Below, in pieces: positions 62,001-64,000 of a stretch of 64,000 nucleotides of DNA. Source of the stretch: a virus. The stretch covers positions 7,068 to 71,067 of IMG/VR virus record IMGVR_UViG_3300044568_002742. One strand, given 5' to 3'. Position 1 is the first letter of the stretch. Every line of letters begins with the position of its first letter. Made by a program: the position numbers and the translations under genes. The notes below the pieces were generated by a model. The model was given only the letters and a program-made list of their open reading frames with translations, was not told where the DNA came from and searched no databases.

Positions 62001-62263
62001 CCAGCATGTACTGGATTGTTGCTTGCGTCTGTGATAAATTTTGGAGTACCAAAAGTATCTGATAAATCTTTTTGACTGGTAAGTAAGTATACTTTACCAG
62101 CATTTGCTGCTAATGTTCCAGCGGCAATGCCGGTGGATGATCCGTTTTGTTTGCTTTCTTCTGAAGCAACAACAATTAAAGGAACCGTGCCAGGTGCCGC
62201 TGGTGTGTAGAAACTTTCATCGATAACTGTTACACTAACGCCTGGTGAGCTAAGTTGGGCCAT
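59006..62263 (-). CDS. Tail sheath protein (T4 gp18-like)
   Basis: SPGV.V...D.S, PWFAPAG..RG, RD.L...VNPI, DRINVARL, FEPND..TR, P.KAVEFI. Confidence 0.92.
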   Translation of the reverse strand: MAQLSSPGVSVTVIDESFYTPAAPGTVPLIVVASEESKQNGSSTGIAAGTLAANAGKVYLLTSQKDLSDTFGTPKFITDASNNPVHAGEQNEYGLQAAYSYLGVSNRAYVVRADIDLAQLTAQTASPNGTPLDGTFWFDTANTKFGVFEWNASSAAVTNGQTFMVKYPTVITDTTKVTDFSGADYSPLSSIGAVGSYAIVAVTTSIKLWYKKALTNTVAGWVEVGTEDWIASWPVVQGTVSAPDLTGGKTLVINTVSTAGATLVDLVDDINTKLASAGISAAIINSKLEIYSTGVDVNIASGTAATTVGIDLRIYKAPRTTIAPHTQVPPYKLSASNLPSGSLWIKTTTPNLGADWIVKRYNANTGAWSEVAAPIYPSSAAALLGVDSTGGGINLAANTLYVKSNDTEEIDALANFKLYRRRGVGATNITSGVIVASTFSAQAYSFQISETTIGTSAYTTPVTVGFTISGTPTAAGNSGAVLTAIQAALVGSNIVATLNSSNQITISHINGGDIKLIDVVNAPLAALFSTSTTVNYYADPASAGFVASLWTALTDDKTGGFAIATTDAPTTIAEDGQLWYNSVIDEVDIMIHDGEKWAGYRNELVGTDEMGPQISATAPKKQSDGSTTLADGDLWISTADLENFPLVYKWNSFIAKWVLVDNSDQTTEDGILFHDARWSTSGESTTASSITDLLSSDFVDFDAPDPALYPKGMLLWNLRRSGFNVKRFAVDYVDTLARNVRYNNNEPMTDYYPHRWISEAGNQEDGSGTFGRKAQRKVVIQSLQALVNSNQQLRDEESRVYNLLACPGYPELVSELVSLNTDRGLTAFVVGDSPARLTPDATSLSNWGFNVGSATEDNDIGLVSSDEYLGVFYPWGYTSDNIGNNIVVPPSHMILRTIALSDNVSYPWFAPAGTRRGGITNASATGYITSEGEFQSVALTTGQRDTLASIKVNPITYITGSGLVNYGQLTRARNASSLDRINVARLVIYLRRQLSQLAKPYIFEPNDKITRDEIKQAAENLLLELVGQRALYDYVVVCDTSNNTPARIDRNELYLDIAIEPVKAVEFIYIPLRLKNTGEIKGLGK

Positions 62264-62376
62264 ATTATAATCTCCTTGAATACAAGTTATGAATGTATTT
62301 ATGAAGTTTTATAGTTTTGGCATTGATATACAAGGAAAAAAAGGGACAAAAAGGTCCACTTTATGTAAATAAAGAT

Positions 62377-62706
62377 ATGAGACCACTTTGTTCATGCGGA
62401 TGCAAACCAGCCGCAATAAATTACATTAAGAATGGGCGTACTTATTATAGAAAGCTATGCGAGGCGTGCCTCAAAGGCACCCCCAGTGTTTGTCGATGGT
62501 ATAAAGCTGGGTATCGTATCAAAAATCAATGTGATAAATGTGGATTTAAGTCAGGATATGCGGAAGTATTTAATGTCTGCCATATAGACGGCAACTTAAA
62601 CAATTGTCGTCCTAGTAATCTCAAAACAGTCTGTGCGAACTGTCAGAGATTACTTCATAGAGAAGGGGTTGTTTGGAAACAGGGGGATTTACGACCAGAT
62701 TTTTAA
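62377..62706 (+). CDS. HNH endonuclease with Zn fingers
   Basis: C..CG...HIDGN..N....NL.TVCANC; TAAATA 5 nt upstream. Confidence 0.75.
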   Translation: MRPLCSCGCKPAAINYIKNGRTYYRKLCEACLKGTPSVCRWYKAGYRIKNQCDKCGFKSGYAEVFNVCHIDGNLNNCRPSNLKTVCANCQRLLHREGVVWKQGDLRPDF

Positions 62707-63353
62707 ATAACTAAATTATTTATTTGTTGATATAACTCATCTATGGTTCCATCATTTTTTAATACGTGTGAGAACTCTAATCCAACCCATGCCCATTCAC
62801 TACTATGAATATTATAACTATTCATTAGTTCTTTATAGTGTTCCAATAAATATTCATTTTCTATTCCGCGATTAATTACTGATGCCACACTAAACCATTC
62901 TGGATCATCCCCTCTTCTAACTCTAATAATTTTACCACCAGCATTTTGAATAGCTTTGAATTCATTGGGAAATCGGCAATCAGAAATGACAATATTATCG
63001 TCACTAGAAAGTAATTTTCTCTCTAAACTCGCAATCCATATATCATCATGAAAAGCCATGCGACAGGTATCAGTACCAAAATATTGTAATACCCAACGAG
63101 GAGTTAGATGAGGCATGTTTAATCGTGTAGCCCACCATTCATCTGGCTGTTCTCGCCATTCCCGTGATTGCTTAGTGCGCCCTTCTAGTAAATTTCTATC
63201 CCAGCCAAAGATAGCCGCCACGGCATCTTTTAAACTTGTGGCAAATGATTCTCTACGGAAACTATGAAAGTTAGTTAAGTAATCAGCTACGGTATCCTTT
63301 CCAGCGCCAATTGCGCCGACAATTCCAATGATATGTTTGTGTTGTGTATTCAT
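62703..63353 (-). CDS. Deoxynucleoside monophosphate kinase (T4 gp1-like)
   Basis: IIGIVG.IGAGKDT, FA..LK, TPR..LQ..GT, ISDCRFPNE, HSSE. Confidence 0.85.
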   Translation of the reverse strand: MNTQHKHIIGIVGAIGAGKDTVADYLTNFHSFRRESFATSLKDAVAAIFGWDRNLLEGRTKQSREWREQPDEWWATRLNMPHLTPRWVLQYFGTDTCRMAFHDDIWIASLERKLLSSDDNIVISDCRFPNEFKAIQNAGGKIIRVRRGDDPEWFSVASVINRGIENEYLLEHYKELMNSYNIHSSEWAWVGLEFSHVLKNDGTIDELYQQINNLVI

Positions 63354-63406
63354 GTGATCTCCCAAATGATGGTATTATACATCAATGGGAGGAGAATGTC
63401 AACTGA

Positions 63407-63997
63407 TTATCCAATAATAAATGTAGTAGGAGTTCCACCAGCCATAAATTCGTTCAATTCTTTATCTAGTGCTGCTAATTCTTCTTTCCCTTCGGCAATC
63501 AACGCAGTTCCGTTTAGGGTTATACCACCGCCAGTTGGACCAGCAATATTACCAAATAGACTACGAGCTTGTCCTAGCATAATTTTACAAGATGCAAGAG
63601 TATAATCTCGCAACCATTGTTTAGCATAGATGTCGGTAAGTAGTACAAAGTCGGGACGAAAATTATGAGTTTTTATTAATATCTGCTCGCCTTGAGCAAA
63701 TGGTCGTTGAAGAATAGTAAGAATATGACTTTGTTGTTTCCATTTGAATTCAATATAGCTACCAAACATTCTACCTACGAGTTTTTGATATCCAGAAAAT
63801 AATTCATAAGTTGCCAAACCACCCATCATACTACCACTCATCAAGTAAGTATTGGTATAGGCTAAGTTAAATGGTTCAAATAATGTCCCACCAGCACCCA
63901 TTCCAGATCTTGAACCAATTGCACGTCGAAATATACTTTGAACTTCGATAACTTCATCTGGTAATTTATACTCATTTTGGTCTTGTATCAATTCCAA
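63407..63997 (-). CDS. Neck protein (T4 gp13-like), 5' end outside window
   Basis: WL.DY..A..K..LG..R..F..I.GP.GG.TLNG..L..EG..E...L. Confidence 0.8.
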   Translation of the reverse strand: MELIQDQNEYKLPDEVIEVQSIFRRAIGSRSGMGAGGTLFEPFNLAYTNTYLMSGSMMGGLATYELFSGYQKLVGRMFGSYIEFKWKQQSHILTILQRPFAQGEQILIKTHNFRPDFVLLTDIYAKQWLRDYTLASCKIMLGQARSLFGNIAGPTGGGITLNGTALIAEGKEELAALDKELNEFMAGGTPTTFIIG

Positions 63998-64000
63998 AAA

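Overview
AT-rich segment of a large, T4-related tailed dsDNA phage read with the standard genetic code. (1) About 290-23430 is a plus-strand 'early/host-takeover' block of more than 55 small, mostly unknown genes. Nearly every one sits behind its own near-consensus sigma70 promoter (TTGACA-N16-18-TATAAT/TATACT) and a stereotyped GGAGCA ribosome-binding site. (2) About 23430-24160 is a gene-free, repeat- and A/T-tract-rich boundary. (3) About 24160-64000 is mostly minus strand: candidate head-packaged proteins with an MK(I/V)x(E/D) N-terminus, tail-fibre and 2OG-Fe(II) oxygenase genes, T4-like replication/recombination genes (gp41, primase, UvsW, UvsY, UvsX, gp32), a miniature DnaE-like gene, terminase, head completion, tail tube, tail sheath, dNMP kinase and neck. 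Highlights: (a) a terminator-ended structured RNA at 12434-12609 shows UUGCUCC three times in hairpin loops, exactly complementary to the GGAGCAA RBS of the early genes; (b) 15 promoters carry a covarying ANGGAN-hexaloop hairpin (the CsrA/RsmA site consensus) in the -35/-10 spacer; (c) a five-copy, promoter-driven ~80-nt ncRNA family has GGA hairpins and a conserved core; (d) late genes look leaderless (TAAATA-N4-6-ATG); (e) the terminase large subunit is fractured into three genes joined by two atypically split inteins, each interrupted by a free-standing homing endonuclease. Items a-d suggest an RNA-level early-to-late control circuit (inference). All protein calls come from motif recognition by eye; no database search or folding program was run.
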